This document shows, piece by piece, positions 50,063-60,485 of a stretch of 64,000 nucleotides of DNA. Under the pieces are notes generated by a model. It worked only from the letters and a program-made list of their open reading frames with translations, was not told where the DNA came from and searched no databases. Positions within the stretch are counted from its first letter, which is position 1, and every line of letters begins with the position of its first letter. A program made the translations under genes and the position numbers. This DNA comes from an uncultured euryarchaeote (GTDB lineage Archaea > Thermoplasmatota > Poseidoniia > Poseidoniales > Poseidoniaceae): contig CAXCCF010000003.1 in NCBI GenBank assembly GCA_963981035.1, positions 5,004-69,003 on the forward strand. The letters run 5' to 3'.

Positions 50063-53014
50063 TTAGAGATTTTCAAGCTCGTCGAGCAATTCTAAATCAT
50101 CTTCTTCTTCAACTTCAACCTGTATTTCTTCTAGCGATAAATCATCAATAATTTCCTCTTCTTCATCACTGATTTCCAAGTCATGTCCGAAGTCCTTAGG
50201 ATCGGCGGAGTATTTCGCCTTGTTATAGAAACTGTACAAAGCCAATAATGCAATTACGACTATCAAAGCAAGTGTAGATGGTTCAGGGTCAATTATTTCA
50301 TTGAACATACAAGAAATCCCACTGCATTCAGTCATGAATTTGAATGATTGTATCTGAGTATAATTACCATCATATGGTGAGTTCTCATCCATCGGAGTCA
50401 TCGTCAATGAAAATGAAACTTCTCCACTATTCTTTAATTGCGAAGGTGAAGTTATTTCAACTGAAAAATCCTTATTTGTGTATGCAGGCAAATGTAAGAT
50501 AATGAATGGACCACCTGCTTGTTCAGAAGAGGCTCTAATCAATCCATCCCAGCCCGTCGGTTCATCCAAGGTGATAACAACATCGAGAGGAACATTGTTT
50601 TGATTATCAATTCTGAATTCGATATTCTTCGTCTCATCTGGTGCAAAATATGTGTTTTCGCTCTTTTGAGTGACTTCTAATCGGCCTGCACGGACATCCT
50701 TCTCTACTTCAATGACCACTGGTAAATCAAAATATCTTGCGACTTCAGCATCAACTCCTTGTTCAATCACACGAGTATAGATTGTATGGTTTCCAGATTC
50801 TACTTCAGGTAGTAAATCAATACTCAATTTCACATCTACGTAATTATTGGTCCAGGTTTTTACCACAACAATATCGCTTGCTGAATCATTGGAAATGGAA
50901 TAATCCCAATTAGCATAATTGGAATTAGAATCAGTATTTCTAGATAGGGCATCAGGTTTTACGATTCTCCATTCAGTTTCACCAGCATTGTCACTTGAGT
51001 CGGAAATGCGCAGGTTAAACCATGTGCTTGCTCCTAATGCTACTGGGCCTACATGTGCCAGTGTACCACCGTCACTATCTGCAATTACTTCTACTAGAAT
51101 TCCAAATGTACGATGAACTGTAAATCCAACAATCGTTGGGTCCAAGGCAGATTCACCTGAACTGCTAATCATCATTTTTACCAATCCAATGTCTTGGGAT
51201 TCCCTATCACTCGGTGGATATGCTTCCATACGAATAATCCTTGTTTTATGAGACCCAATCTCAGGTGTAATTGATTGAATTCCCTCATCGACTAATTCTT
51301 CACCTGTTTCGTTATCAAATAGCCTAAATTGCCAAGCATCTGGGAAGTCAACAACTCTAATGCGGAAAGTGTCAACATCAAATCCAGAATTAAACAAGTC
51401 GATGTAGAACATTCCTGTTTCACTAACATCAACATAGTGCGAAATAGATTCATTATATGCCTCCGGTCTTGTAGAATCTGCAATTTGTTTTTGATGTTCT
51501 ACATCTTCATAAATAGAAACACGAGGGGATGAATAAACACCTACCTCTGTAATGTTTAGATGTAATGTTTTAATCGCTACTTCAACTGTTTGACCTTGAT
51601 CATTCTCAGCATAGGCTCTTGCTTCAATGTTCAATTTATCCGGTGCATCGGACAAATCATCATTTGGTACAACCAACTCCAGAATAGGAATTACAGATGC
51701 TCCGCCGCCGCTCAATTGGTAGCCACCAGGTTGATCCCATATTGGTTCGGACCAAGAAGAGGGCAATCCCGGAAATGCCAAATCAATCTGTACATCGATA
51801 GTAGAGGCTGTTGAGCCTGTGTGTTCAAGCAATAATTCAACATATGAAGTTTGACCTGGGGCGATAAGAACTACATCTGCTTGATCAATTGCTAGTCCGA
51901 GTGCTACGTCATGTTCTACCATTGTTATTCCTTCGTGATCAACAATAACAGTATGTCCTTGAACATCCTTTATTTCGAGATACAAGGGGTAATCACCTGC
52001 TTCTATCCCAGCATCATATACCCACGATAAATTACCAACTAAGCCATTGTTATCCAATCTCAAATCATTATCGGAAAAGGTTTCAACGAATTTAGTAGAT
52101 GCTCCATTTGGAGTACTCATTACCAACTTAACATCCTGAATATCTGCTCTTCCAAATGCATCTCTTACATCAATTGAAAAATGAATTTCTCTGTATTCTG
52201 GGCGGTGATTCGGCGACCATTCTATCTTCTCTTCTTCAAGCCATCCACAGCCATAATCCTCATGGCAACTATGAACTTTTATTGCTGAACCTGAAAGTGC
52301 ATTGGCCTTCAATTCAATCTTTGAAAATCCTTGAGTTCCTGAAACATCACCAAAAGCAACCATTACATCACAATCTCCTTGCCCGATTCCACCGCCACTA
52401 CCTTCACAAGTTGCTTGTGCATCGATTCGTAATTTCAATTGCTTCCCATTAGGAACTGTGAAACCATTAGTAGGGATGCTAAAGAATACTTCGTTGCTCG
52501 TCCATGTACAAGATTGGAAAGGCGAACTTTGACATGGCTCATCGAGGTTGATAGTCTCAGTAAATTCAGAATTACCTCCTTCTAATGAGAACGTTACATC
52601 TGCAGTTGAACCGGAACTACCTGTAAATTTCAGATACACGGATAATTCTGCAACATCTCCTGTTTGTGTAGATGTTTCCCCATAAACTTGCAAATCACTA
52701 ATCATTTCGCTACTACGGAATTCAAGGCCACCAAGTGCACTCTCTTCGATATGCCCACTATCTGGTTGAGTCGTATTAATCGCCCCATCCCCACCATTTT
52801 CAGCAGCCTTCCTATCCAAATAAAGGTCATAAGATTCTATCGAACCTGATGTACTGAGAATTTTTGTTGTGGGCTCTAATGTATCCACTGAATCATCATC
52901 ACCAATGCTAGAGAACATTGTTAGTGGAGCAATTGCCCCCAATAGAATCAATATGATAATCGATGGAAGTAGGATGCTATTTACGCTTCTCTTGGTAGCC
53001 AGCATAGTGTTCAC
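50063..53014 (-). CDS. 983-aa exported wall/surface protein with repeated beta-sandwich (NEW3/CARDB-like?) modules, a C-terminal TM and an acidic tail
   Basis: N-terminal anchor/signal is SILLPSIIILILLGAIAPL. The C-terminal TM is LALIVVIALLALYSFY, followed by ...DEEEEIIDDLSLEEIQVEVEEEDDLELLDELENL. It lies 76 nt upstream of the giant gene on the same strand. The domain family call is tentative. Confidence 0.75.
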   Translation of the reverse strand: MNTMLATKRSVNSILLPSIIILILLGAIAPLTMFSSIGDDDSVDTLEPTTKILSTSGSIESYDLYLDRKAAENGGDGAINTTQPDSGHIEESALGGLEFRSSEMISDLQVYGETSTQTGDVAELSVYLKFTGSSGSTADVTFSLEGGNSEFTETINLDEPCQSSPFQSCTWTSNEVFFSIPTNGFTVPNGKQLKLRIDAQATCEGSGGGIGQGDCDVMVAFGDVSGTQGFSKIELKANALSGSAIKVHSCHEDYGCGWLEEEKIEWSPNHRPEYREIHFSIDVRDAFGRADIQDVKLVMSTPNGASTKFVETFSDNDLRLDNNGLVGNLSWVYDAGIEAGDYPLYLEIKDVQGHTVIVDHEGITMVEHDVALGLAIDQADVVLIAPGQTSYVELLLEHTGSTASTIDVQIDLAFPGLPSSWSEPIWDQPGGYQLSGGGASVIPILELVVPNDDLSDAPDKLNIEARAYAENDQGQTVEVAIKTLHLNITEVGVYSSPRVSIYEDVEHQKQIADSTRPEAYNESISHYVDVSETGMFYIDLFNSGFDVDTFRIRVVDFPDAWQFRLFDNETGEELVDEGIQSITPEIGSHKTRIIRMEAYPPSDRESQDIGLVKMMISSSGESALDPTIVGFTVHRTFGILVEVIADSDGGTLAHVGPVALGASTWFNLRISDSSDNAGETEWRIVKPDALSRNTDSNSNYANWDYSISNDSASDIVVVKTWTNNYVDVKLSIDLLPEVESGNHTIYTRVIEQGVDAEVARYFDLPVVIEVEKDVRAGRLEVTQKSENTYFAPDETKNIEFRIDNQNNVPLDVVITLDEPTGWDGLIRASSEQAGGPFIILHLPAYTNKDFSVEITSPSQLKNSGEVSFSLTMTPMDENSPYDGNYTQIQSFKFMTECSGISCMFNEIIDPEPSTLALIVVIALLALYSFYNKAKYSADPKDFGHDLEISDEEEEIIDDLSLEEIQVEVEEEDDLELLDELENL

Positions 53015-53219
53015 AACTCCGGCCTGCCCAACCGACTGTTAAACGGTTTTGCCTCAATTGCTCTCTAAACACCCCCTCTACGAGGGGGATTGTTTCTTCC
53101 AGAAAAATAATTTCAGTAAATAATTTGTTGTGAATGTGAAAATAGGTCAAAGTATTGTCAAAAATTGCTACAAAAAAAAGAGCATCATTGAAAGACTCTA
53201 GGCGACCCGACCGGTTTAC

Positions 53220-53302
53220 GCAGGGGTGGCTGAGGCGGTCAAAGGCGCCGGGCTTAAGATCCGGTCCTTATGGGTTCGTGGGTTCGAATCCCACCCCCTG
53301 CA
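53220..53302 (+). tRNA. tRNA-Leu (anticodon UAA), long variable arm
   Basis: Hand-folded 83-nt structure. Acceptor GCAGGGG/CCCCTGC, anticodon stem CCGGG/TCCGG with loop CTTAAGA, 13-nt variable arm, T arm GTGGG-TTCGAAT-CCCAC. No encoded CCA. Confidence 0.85.
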
Positions 53303-53330
53303 TCTATTTTCATCCATTTTAGAAGGGGGA

Positions 53331-54077
53331 CTACGAGTTAATTGACCATCCGCCATCAACAGTGATTACTTGGCCAGAAAGATGCGGACTATTGACAAGA
53401 AATAATATCGCTTTTGCGACATCCTGAGGATTTCCTTCCCTCCCCAATGGAACTTTCTCAATTATTGAAGCATAATGTGGCGCTTCCCAATCCGCCGCTA
53501 ATATCGCTCCAGGAGCGATACAATTCACCCTAATTTCGGGTGCTAATTCACCAGCTAAATTCATCATTAATTGACGCATTCCCGCCTTGCTTGAAGTATA
53601 ATGTGAAAGACCGCTCCAAGAGCGGCCTAATGAAGTATCAATTATTCCGATAACACTGCCTTTCACAGCTTTCAAATTAGCAATAAATGCTTGTGTAATC
53701 AAAAATGGAACTTCAATATGAATTCTATTCATTAATCTAATATCTGATAAAGAAATTTGCTCAACATCCTTTGGTATATAGAATGAAGCATTATGAATTA
53801 TTGCTGAAATCCCTCCGGCATCAACCACATGTTTGGAATCATTTACTTGTGAAATAAATCGTTGTAATTGTCCATCATCTTGAAAGTCGCATTTGATTAT
53901 TTCAGCACTCGGTTCATTACCGTTTTTTTGCTCGAAATCCACTAACAATTGTTGTGCTTCTTGGAGACTATTATTGACGTGAATAATTACGTGCCAACCC
54001 ATCTCCAAAAACGCTGTGGAAATTGCCGCCCCAATTCTCTTCCCACCTCCAGTTATGATTGCAACTGGGCTGGCCAT
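53331..54077 (-). CDS. Short-chain dehydrogenase/reductase (pteridine-reductase-like SDR)
   Basis: AIITGGGKRIGAAIS (TGxxxxxG) and the catalytic YTSSKAG (YxxxK). Start moved to MASPVAII (54077). The longer track ORF would overlap the divergent lipA start. Confidence 0.85.
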   Translation of the reverse strand: MASPVAIITGGGKRIGAAISTAFLEMGWHVIIHVNNSLQEAQQLLVDFEQKNGNEPSAEIIKCDFQDDGQLQRFISQVNDSKHVVDAGGISAIIHNASFYIPKDVEQISLSDIRLMNRIHIEVPFLITQAFIANLKAVKGSVIGIIDTSLGRSWSGLSHYTSSKAGMRQLMMNLAGELAPEIRVNCIAPGAILAADWEAPHYASIIEKVPLGREGNPQDVAKAILFLVNSPHLSGQVITVDGGWSINS

Positions 54078-54211
54078 ATCATGCCTGAACAATTCGTCAC
54101 TTTTCAACTCTTGTTTGCTATTATCCACCCATAGGGGTACGATTTTGGTAAAATCAGGCCCACACACCTTTTTGATGGACGAATCATGCCGTTGGATAAG
54201 GGGGAAGGGAA

Positions 54212-55240
54212 ATGACGGGCAAACCACTTCCAATGGCCAAACCAATTCCCCCTGCTTTACGAGAAAAACCAAAACGTGAAAGGCTGCCTGAATGGTTTAG
54301 GACATCCCTTCCAAATGGTAAGCAACAAGCAATTTTCAATGATACTAAAGTCGCTGTTGCAAAGAACAAATTACACACAGTTTGCCAAGAAGCCCGTTGC
54401 CCTAATATCCATGATTGTTGGGCCAGTGGAGATGCTACATTCATGATAGCAGGTCAGGAATGCACAAGAGGTTGTAGATTCTGTGCCGTAGGCACTATCA
54501 AAACACCACCGGCTCTTGATTTAGATGAACCAAAAAATCTTGCGGAAGCGGTTACATCGATGAATCTCAAGCATGTCGTAATCACTGTGGTCAATAGAGA
54601 TGATTTACCTGATTCTGGCGCTGAGCATTATAAGAAATGTATAGAGGCAGTCCATCTTGCACAACCAGAGATTACTCTGGAATTACTTTGCTCTGATTTA
54701 GCAGGTGATATGGATGCATTGGCGCATTTACTGGATGGTTCACCGCTTTCTGTTTTTGCTCATAATGTGGAATGTGTGCCGCGCCTTGACAAAACGGTTA
54801 GAGATCACCGAGCAAGCTTTTCGCAATCTATTGCTATCTTGGCTGAAGCAAAGAAATTGAGACCTGACATTTTGACAAAGTCATCGATTATGGTAGGACT
54901 GGGAGAAACCGATGAAGAAGTGACACAAACTCTAAGATTGCTGAAGGATGCAAATGTAGATCTAATTACGATTGGCCAATACCTTGCTCCTTCATCAAAA
55001 CACCTTTCCGTGGACCGTTTTCCACAACCTGAACAATATGATATTTGGGCTAAGCAAGCGATATCAATGGGATTCAGTGGCATTGCAAGCGGACCGTTGG
55101 TCCGTTCATCATTCAAAGCAGGATTACTGCTAAGGAAATCACAAGACCCACAAAACTCCGAATCCATGCCAGGCGCATATGTTTATGTCAATGATTTACA
55201 AGACATTCATACAACATCACTTAAGGCCGATATTGATTGA
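54212..55240 (+). CDS. lipA: Lipoyl synthase
   Basis: CQEARCPNIHDCW (auxiliary cluster) and CTRGCRFCAV (radical-SAM CxxxCxxC). Confidence 0.93.
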   Translation: MTGKPLPMAKPIPPALREKPKRERLPEWFRTSLPNGKQQAIFNDTKVAVAKNKLHTVCQEARCPNIHDCWASGDATFMIAGQECTRGCRFCAVGTIKTPPALDLDEPKNLAEAVTSMNLKHVVITVVNRDDLPDSGAEHYKKCIEAVHLAQPEITLELLCSDLAGDMDALAHLLDGSPLSVFAHNVECVPRLDKTVRDHRASFSQSIAILAEAKKLRPDILTKSSIMVGLGETDEEVTQTLRLLKDANVDLITIGQYLAPSSKHLSVDRFPQPEQYDIWAKQAISMGFSGIASGPLVRSSFKAGLLLRKSQDPQNSESMPGAYVYVNDLQDIHTTSLKADID

Positions 55241-55249
55241 GGTGAAACG

Positions 55250-56491
55250 ATGACGGACAGAAAGACGCTGATAACAAGTCCATACACCCTCGGCGCTCCG
55301 CCATCAAGACCGGGAGAAACCACTGATTTTGGCGGCAAATGGAAAGAGCAGCCTGAAGATTTACCAAGGCCAAATCCTGCAAAATGTAATTCACAAGATA
55401 CTGCCTCTCATGCCTCTGGATTGGTCAGAGTTTTGGATGACAACGGTGAAGCAAAAGGTGAATGGAATCCTAAGTTGAAAAAGGAAACTTTGATCGAGGG
55501 ATTGGAATACATGATGCGTTTGAGAATTTTTGATGATAGAATGATCAAAATGCAGCGAACTGGAAAACTTTCTTTCTACATGCGCTCATATGGAGAAGAG
55601 GCAGTTGCAATCGCACAAACGATGGCATTACAAAATCAAGATTGGATATTCCCGTCATACAGACAACCTGGGGCTCAATTCGTAAGAGGAAGAAGCATGG
55701 TAAGCATGATATGCCATTGCATTGGAAATACTGAAGACAATGTAAAGGGAAGACAAATGCCTGTCCATTATACTTGGAAAGAAGGCCGATTCATTTCAAT
55801 TTCAAGTCCTGTTGGAACTCAGTTCTCACAGTCGGTAGGAGTTGCCATGGCAAGTGCCTACAAAGGTGATGATGAAGTGTGTATTTCTTGGCTGGGTGAT
55901 GGAACTTCTGCTCAAGGTGACTATCACTATGCTCTGAATTTCGCTTCAACATTCAAACCTCCTGTAATCCTTAATGTAGTTAACAATCAATGGGCAATTT
56001 CTACTCACCGAAACCTTGCGACAGGTGGAAGAACTTTCGCAGAACGTGGATTAGCATATGATATTCCTAGTTTCAGAGTTGATGGAAATGATTTCCTTGC
56101 TCTATACAGCGTAACACAATGGGCTCGTGACCGAGCTGCTGCAGGATTAGGCCCGACTCATATCGAGGTCTATACCTATCGCGCTGGACCTCATTCATCT
56201 TCTGATGACCCTAGTGTCTATCGTCCTGCGGACGAATTTGATTCATGGCCTGGTGGCGACCCAATTGACAGATTGAGGCAACATCTCATCAATAATGGCG
56301 ATTGGGATGACAAGAAAAATGCCGCACTCGAAAAGAAAATTGATGCAGAGGTAATGGCCGCATACAAGGAAGCATGTACATTTGGCGACTTAGCCAGTGG
56401 ACCTTATCCACCTGCAAGTACAATCTTTACAGAAGTTTACGAAACTGTTCCTTGGCATATCCAAGAGCAGCGCGAGGAGTTAGGGAAGTGA
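55250..56491 (+). CDS. 2-oxoacid dehydrogenase E1 component alpha subunit (branched-chain type)
   Basis: KGRQMPVHYT and WLGDGTSAQGDYHYALNFAS...VVNNQWAIST (the TPP-binding GDG...NN motif). Confidence 0.93.
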   Translation: MTDRKTLITSPYTLGAPPSRPGETTDFGGKWKEQPEDLPRPNPAKCNSQDTASHASGLVRVLDDNGEAKGEWNPKLKKETLIEGLEYMMRLRIFDDRMIKMQRTGKLSFYMRSYGEEAVAIAQTMALQNQDWIFPSYRQPGAQFVRGRSMVSMICHCIGNTEDNVKGRQMPVHYTWKEGRFISISSPVGTQFSQSVGVAMASAYKGDDEVCISWLGDGTSAQGDYHYALNFASTFKPPVILNVVNNQWAISTHRNLATGGRTFAERGLAYDIPSFRVDGNDFLALYSVTQWARDRAAAGLGPTHIEVYTYRAGPHSSSDDPSVYRPADEFDSWPGGDPIDRLRQHLINNGDWDDKKNAALEKKIDAEVMAAYKEACTFGDLASGPYPPASTIFTEVYETVPWHIQEQREELGK

Positions 56492-56495
56492 TATC

Positions 56496-57506
56496 ATGGC
56501 AAAAATGAATATGATTGCATCTCTAAATTCAGCATTACGCTGTCAATTGGAAAAAGACCCTAATGTCGTCATTTTTGGCGAAGACGTTGGATTTTTTGGT
56601 GGCGTTTTCAGAGTAACTGATGGACTACAGAAGGAATTTGGAGCACACCGAGTATTCGATGCACCACTTGCCGAAGGCGGTATTGCCGCTATTGCAATGG
56701 GAATGAGTTTGAATGGATTACGCCCTGTTGCAGAAATCCAATTCGCAGATTATATATTCCCAGCATATGATCAAATTGTCAATGAGATTGCAAAAGTTAG
56801 GCATCGTTCTGGTGGAGAATTCTCCGCACCGCTTACTTTCCGCACTCCTGCCGGCGGAGGCATCAAGGGTGGACATCATCACTCACAATCCCCTGAGGCT
56901 CAATTTACACATACTCCGGGATTGAAAGTTGTGTATTGCTCAAACCCTTACAATGCAAAGGGTTTGCTGACCAGCGCCATTGAATCTAATGACCCAGTGA
57001 TATTCTTTGAGCCAAAGCGCTGCTATCGTGGACCATTCTATGGTGACCCTCATGATGTACCTACATGGAATGACCATCCAGATGGTGAAGTTCCTGAAGA
57101 ATATTTTTCAATTCCACTTGAACAAGCAAGAATTGTTAGAGAAGGCGAGGCTTGCACAGTCATCGCTTGGGGTGCTATGGTTCATGTAAGTGAACAGGCG
57201 ATCAAAGACTCTGGAATAGACTGCGAACTCATAGATTTACAGACATTGGTTCCTTGGGATAGAGATACTGTGGTTAATTCAATTAAGAAAACTGGGCGAT
57301 GTGTTATCGTTCACGAGGCACCGAAGACTTCAGGATTCGGTGCTGAGATGAGTGCATCTATTCAAGAAAGGTGTTTCTATCACTTAGAAGCACCAATTTG
57401 TCGAGTTACCGGATGGGATACACCATTCCCTCATACTACAGAATGGGACTATATGCCAAGTCCAGAGAGAATAGCAGAAGCAATAAAGAAAACACAGGAG
57501 GAATGA
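56496..57506 (+). CDS. 2-oxoacid dehydrogenase E1 component beta subunit
   Basis: VVIFGEDVGFFGGVFRVT, RVFDAPLAEGGI, IQFADYIFPAYDQI. Confidence 0.95.
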   Translation: MAKMNMIASLNSALRCQLEKDPNVVIFGEDVGFFGGVFRVTDGLQKEFGAHRVFDAPLAEGGIAAIAMGMSLNGLRPVAEIQFADYIFPAYDQIVNEIAKVRHRSGGEFSAPLTFRTPAGGGIKGGHHHSQSPEAQFTHTPGLKVVYCSNPYNAKGLLTSAIESNDPVIFFEPKRCYRGPFYGDPHDVPTWNDHPDGEVPEEYFSIPLEQARIVREGEACTVIAWGAMVHVSEQAIKDSGIDCELIDLQTLVPWDRDTVVNSIKKTGRCVIVHEAPKTSGFGAEMSASIQERCFYHLEAPICRVTGWDTPFPHTTEWDYMPSPERIAEAIKKTQEE

Positions 57507-57509
57507 AAC

Positions 57510-58784
57510 ATGGGAATTTTTGCATTTAAAATGCCAGACATAGGTGAAGGAGTAGTAGAAGGAGAAGTTGTTGAATGGATGGTCGCTGTTGGCGATTCTG
57601 TCAAAGAAGATGACCCTATTCTATCAGTAATGACCGACAAAGCAACTGTTGAAATTCCATCCCCTGTTGATGGAACTGTCAAAAGTGTAGTTGGGGAAGC
57701 CGGCGACATTCTACCAGTTGGAGTTGTTTGTATTGAATTTGAGGTAGATGGTGATGGAAACGCATCTGCTGATGCGACCCCTGCTCCTGCAAAGGAAAAG
57801 AAGGAAGCAAAACCTGAGCCTGTTGCTGAAACAAAAGCTAAGCCTGAACCTGCAAAAACTCCAGCACCTGTTGCTGCAGCACCTGCTGTTGCTAAGGCTG
57901 CTGGAACAAAGGCACTTGCAAGCCCTGCAGTCCGACAACGTGCACGTGAAGCAAATATCACTCTCGATCATGTTGCTGGTTCTGGCCCAGGTGGACGAAT
58001 TTCTCATGGAGACTTGGATGCACATATTGCAGGTGGTTCAAACGCCACTCGCTCAGCACCAATCGGTTCTAGCGCTAAGGTTGAACTAAATGGAACTGAA
58101 GAACACAAGGTCATCGGATTACGCCGCAAGATTGCAGATAGCATGATGTCTTCATACAGTACTATCGCTCACTTCTCATACTTTGAAGAAGTGGATATTA
58201 CTGCTCTAGAAGAACTTCGTCAACATTTGAATGCAACACGTCCAGAAGGCGCTCCAAAACTAACCTACTTACCATTCATCATGCTCGCATGTGTCAAAGC
58301 ATTAGCAAAGAGTCCTGAATGTAATGCGCTATACGATGATGATGCGGGAGTAGTAACTCGTCATCAAGCCGTCAACCTTGGAATTGCAACTCAAACTGAC
58401 CGTGGTCTATACGTTCCTGTTGTCAAGCATGCTGAGGCAATGGACATCTGGCAAGCAGCAGCAGAAATGGTACGTGTAACCAGTGCAACTAGAGATGGTA
58501 AAGCCGGAATTGATGAACTAAGTGGCTCAACCTTCACAATCACAAGTCTTGGAAGACTTGGTGGATTAGGGGCTACTCCGATTATTAACAAACCAGAAGT
58601 CGGAATTCTTGGAGTTCATAATGCTAAGGAGCGCGCTGTTGTTAGAAATGGCAATGTAGTAATTCGTCGAATGATGAATCTATCTTCATCTTGGGACCAC
58701 AGAGTTGTTGATGGCCATGATGGCGCAACAATGGTTCAAACATTGAAGACTTACTTAGAAAATCCAGCAACAATCTTCATGTGA
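57510..58784 (+). CDS. Dihydrolipoamide acyltransferase (E2) with one lipoyl domain
   Basis: LSVMTDKATVEIPSP (lipoyl-Lys), an Ala/Pro-rich linker, the subunit-binding ASPAVRQRARE, and the catalytic LSSSWDHRVVDG. Confidence 0.93.
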   Translation: MGIFAFKMPDIGEGVVEGEVVEWMVAVGDSVKEDDPILSVMTDKATVEIPSPVDGTVKSVVGEAGDILPVGVVCIEFEVDGDGNASADATPAPAKEKKEAKPEPVAETKAKPEPAKTPAPVAAAPAVAKAAGTKALASPAVRQRAREANITLDHVAGSGPGGRISHGDLDAHIAGGSNATRSAPIGSSAKVELNGTEEHKVIGLRRKIADSMMSSYSTIAHFSYFEEVDITALEELRQHLNATRPEGAPKLTYLPFIMLACVKALAKSPECNALYDDDAGVVTRHQAVNLGIATQTDRGLYVPVVKHAEAMDIWQAAAEMVRVTSATRDGKAGIDELSGSTFTITSLGRLGGLGATPIINKPEVGILGVHNAKERAVVRNGNVVIRRMMNLSSSWDHRVVDGHDGATMVQTLKTYLENPATIFM

Positions 58785-58793
58785 GGTGTAATT

Positions 58794-60224
58794 ATGCAGA
58801 CTAAAAAATGTCAAGTGTTAGTAATAGGCGCTGGCCCTGGTGGCTATGTCGCAGCAATTCGTGCAGGTCAACTTGGACTAAAGACAATAATTGTTGAAGC
58901 AGAAAGAGCGGGTGGAACTTGTCTCATTAGAGGTTGTATTCCAAGTAAGGCTCTGATTCATGCCGCACATACTTTCCACAAGTTGGCACAACACTCCAGC
59001 GATGAAGGTCATATGGGAATAACAATTCCAGGCCCTGCTGAATTGAATATGTCTGGTCTTATCGGGTGGAAAGAAGGCATCGTTGACAAATTAAACAAGG
59101 GTGTCGAACATCTCCTCAAGACCGCAGGTGCTGAATTAATCACCGGCTGGGCTGAATTTCAAGATGCAAAAACTGTCAAGGTTGGTGAAGGTAAAGATGC
59201 GATCATTATTCAGGCTGATAATGTAATTCTTGCCAATGGTAGCGTTCCAATTGAACTCCCATTTATGAAATATGGAAATAATGTAATCTCTAGCAGAGAA
59301 GCATTACAATTACAGGATAGACCTGAACATGTTGTTGTCATCGGTGGAGGATATATCGGATTAGAATTGGGAATAACATACAAAATGCTTGGTTCTGAAG
59401 TAACAGTGATTGAGGCAATGGATAGTGTGTTACCTATTTTTGATAAAGAATTACGAAGACCATTAGAGAGATATTTGAAGAAAAACAAAATCAAGGTAAA
59501 CCTTGGAGTTTTTGCTAAGGGTGTTGAAGACCAAAAGGATGGAAGAACAAAGGTTAATTTCATTGATAAGAATGAGAAAGATGAGGCAAAAATGCAATCT
59601 GTTATTGCAGATAAGGTTCTTGTTACAGTGGGAAGAAAACCAAATTCAGAATGTTTAGCCCCTACAGGAGTTGCACTTGATGAAAGAGGATTTGTCAAAG
59701 TTAACCAACGCTGTGAAACCAACATGCGGGGAGTATATGCAATTGGAGACGTCACAAATCTTGGAGAAATGTTAGCCCATGTCGCTTCTTTCCAAGGAGA
59801 GATGGTTGCAGAAATAATAGCCGGTAAAAATCGTATTTATGACCCTGTTGCAGTTCCTGCAATCGTATTTACTGAACCTGAAATAGTCAGTGTTGGACTT
59901 TCACCGGATGAAGCAAAGGAAGCAGGACATCCAATTATTATTGGCAAGTTCCCACTTGCAGCAAATGGAAGATCGCTTACTCAAGAAGCTGAAAAAACTG
60001 GTGGCTTCGTAAGAGTTGTCGCAAGAGAGGATGACCATCGTATTCTCGGCGTACAGGCTGTTGGAACCCATATCTCTGAATTGGTTGGAGAATGGACTCT
60101 TGCACTTGAAATGGGCGCTGTTTTAGAAGATATTGCAGCAACAATTCACGCTCACCCTACGATGACTGAAATGACTCACGAGGCTGTTCTTGCAACACTC
60201 GGTCACGCAATTCATTCCGCATAA
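58794..60224 (+). CDS. lpdA: Dihydrolipoamide dehydrogenase (E3)
   Basis: VIGAGPGGYVAA, GGTCLIRGCIPSK (redox disulfide), and C-terminal HAHPTMTE. Confidence 0.95.
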   Translation: MQTKKCQVLVIGAGPGGYVAAIRAGQLGLKTIIVEAERAGGTCLIRGCIPSKALIHAAHTFHKLAQHSSDEGHMGITIPGPAELNMSGLIGWKEGIVDKLNKGVEHLLKTAGAELITGWAEFQDAKTVKVGEGKDAIIIQADNVILANGSVPIELPFMKYGNNVISSREALQLQDRPEHVVVIGGGYIGLELGITYKMLGSEVTVIEAMDSVLPIFDKELRRPLERYLKKNKIKVNLGVFAKGVEDQKDGRTKVNFIDKNEKDEAKMQSVIADKVLVTVGRKPNSECLAPTGVALDERGFVKVNQRCETNMRGVYAIGDVTNLGEMLAHVASFQGEMVAEIIAGKNRIYDPVAVPAIVFTEPEIVSVGLSPDEAKEAGHPIIIGKFPLAANGRSLTQEAEKTGGFVRVVAREDDHRILGVQAVGTHISELVGEWTLALEMGAVLEDIAATIHAHPTMTEMTHEAVLATLGHAIHSA

Positions 60225-60257
60225 TACCGATTCGTATAGCCTCATTGAGAAAGGGGG

Positions 60258-60327
60258 CCTATGAGTGAGGGTGATTATGAAGAATTTGAGAAGAAACAGA
60301 ACTCAACTCGGGAACCTCACTCATAGG
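60258..60327. other. Perfect 13-bp inverted repeat (CCTATGAGTGAGG / CCTCACTCATAGG) with a 44-nt spacer, overlapped by a second small hairpin
   Basis: Read directly. Left arm 60258-60270, right arm 60315-60327. The second hairpin is TCGGGA (60308-13) / TCCCGA (60337-42) with inner GGACT/AGTCC. It lies 34 nt after the lpd stop. Confidence 0.6.
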
Positions 60328-60485
60328 ACTTAGGAGTCCCGAGCAATGAATTGGACTGACGACCTAATATAAGGTCTGTAGAAACCAATATTGTCTCAGT
60401 TAACGCTATTTATTATCAAAAAGGTAATTTCTATTTATTATCATGAGACCGCTACCTTTGAAGTATATGACTCGCTCCAAATGTT

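Noticed and set aside
54078-54272. A 65-codon N-terminal extension of the SDR ORF.
   Set aside because: It would overlap the divergent lipA start and lies upstream of the Rossmann TGxxxxxG motif, which normally sits within ~10 residues of the N-terminus.
57449-57961. A 170-aa minus-strand ORF overlapping the E1-beta/E2 junction.
   Set aside because: It is antisense to the Ala/Pro-rich E2 linker, a region that typically stays open on the opposite strand. The sense strand carries clear lipoyl and catalytic motifs.
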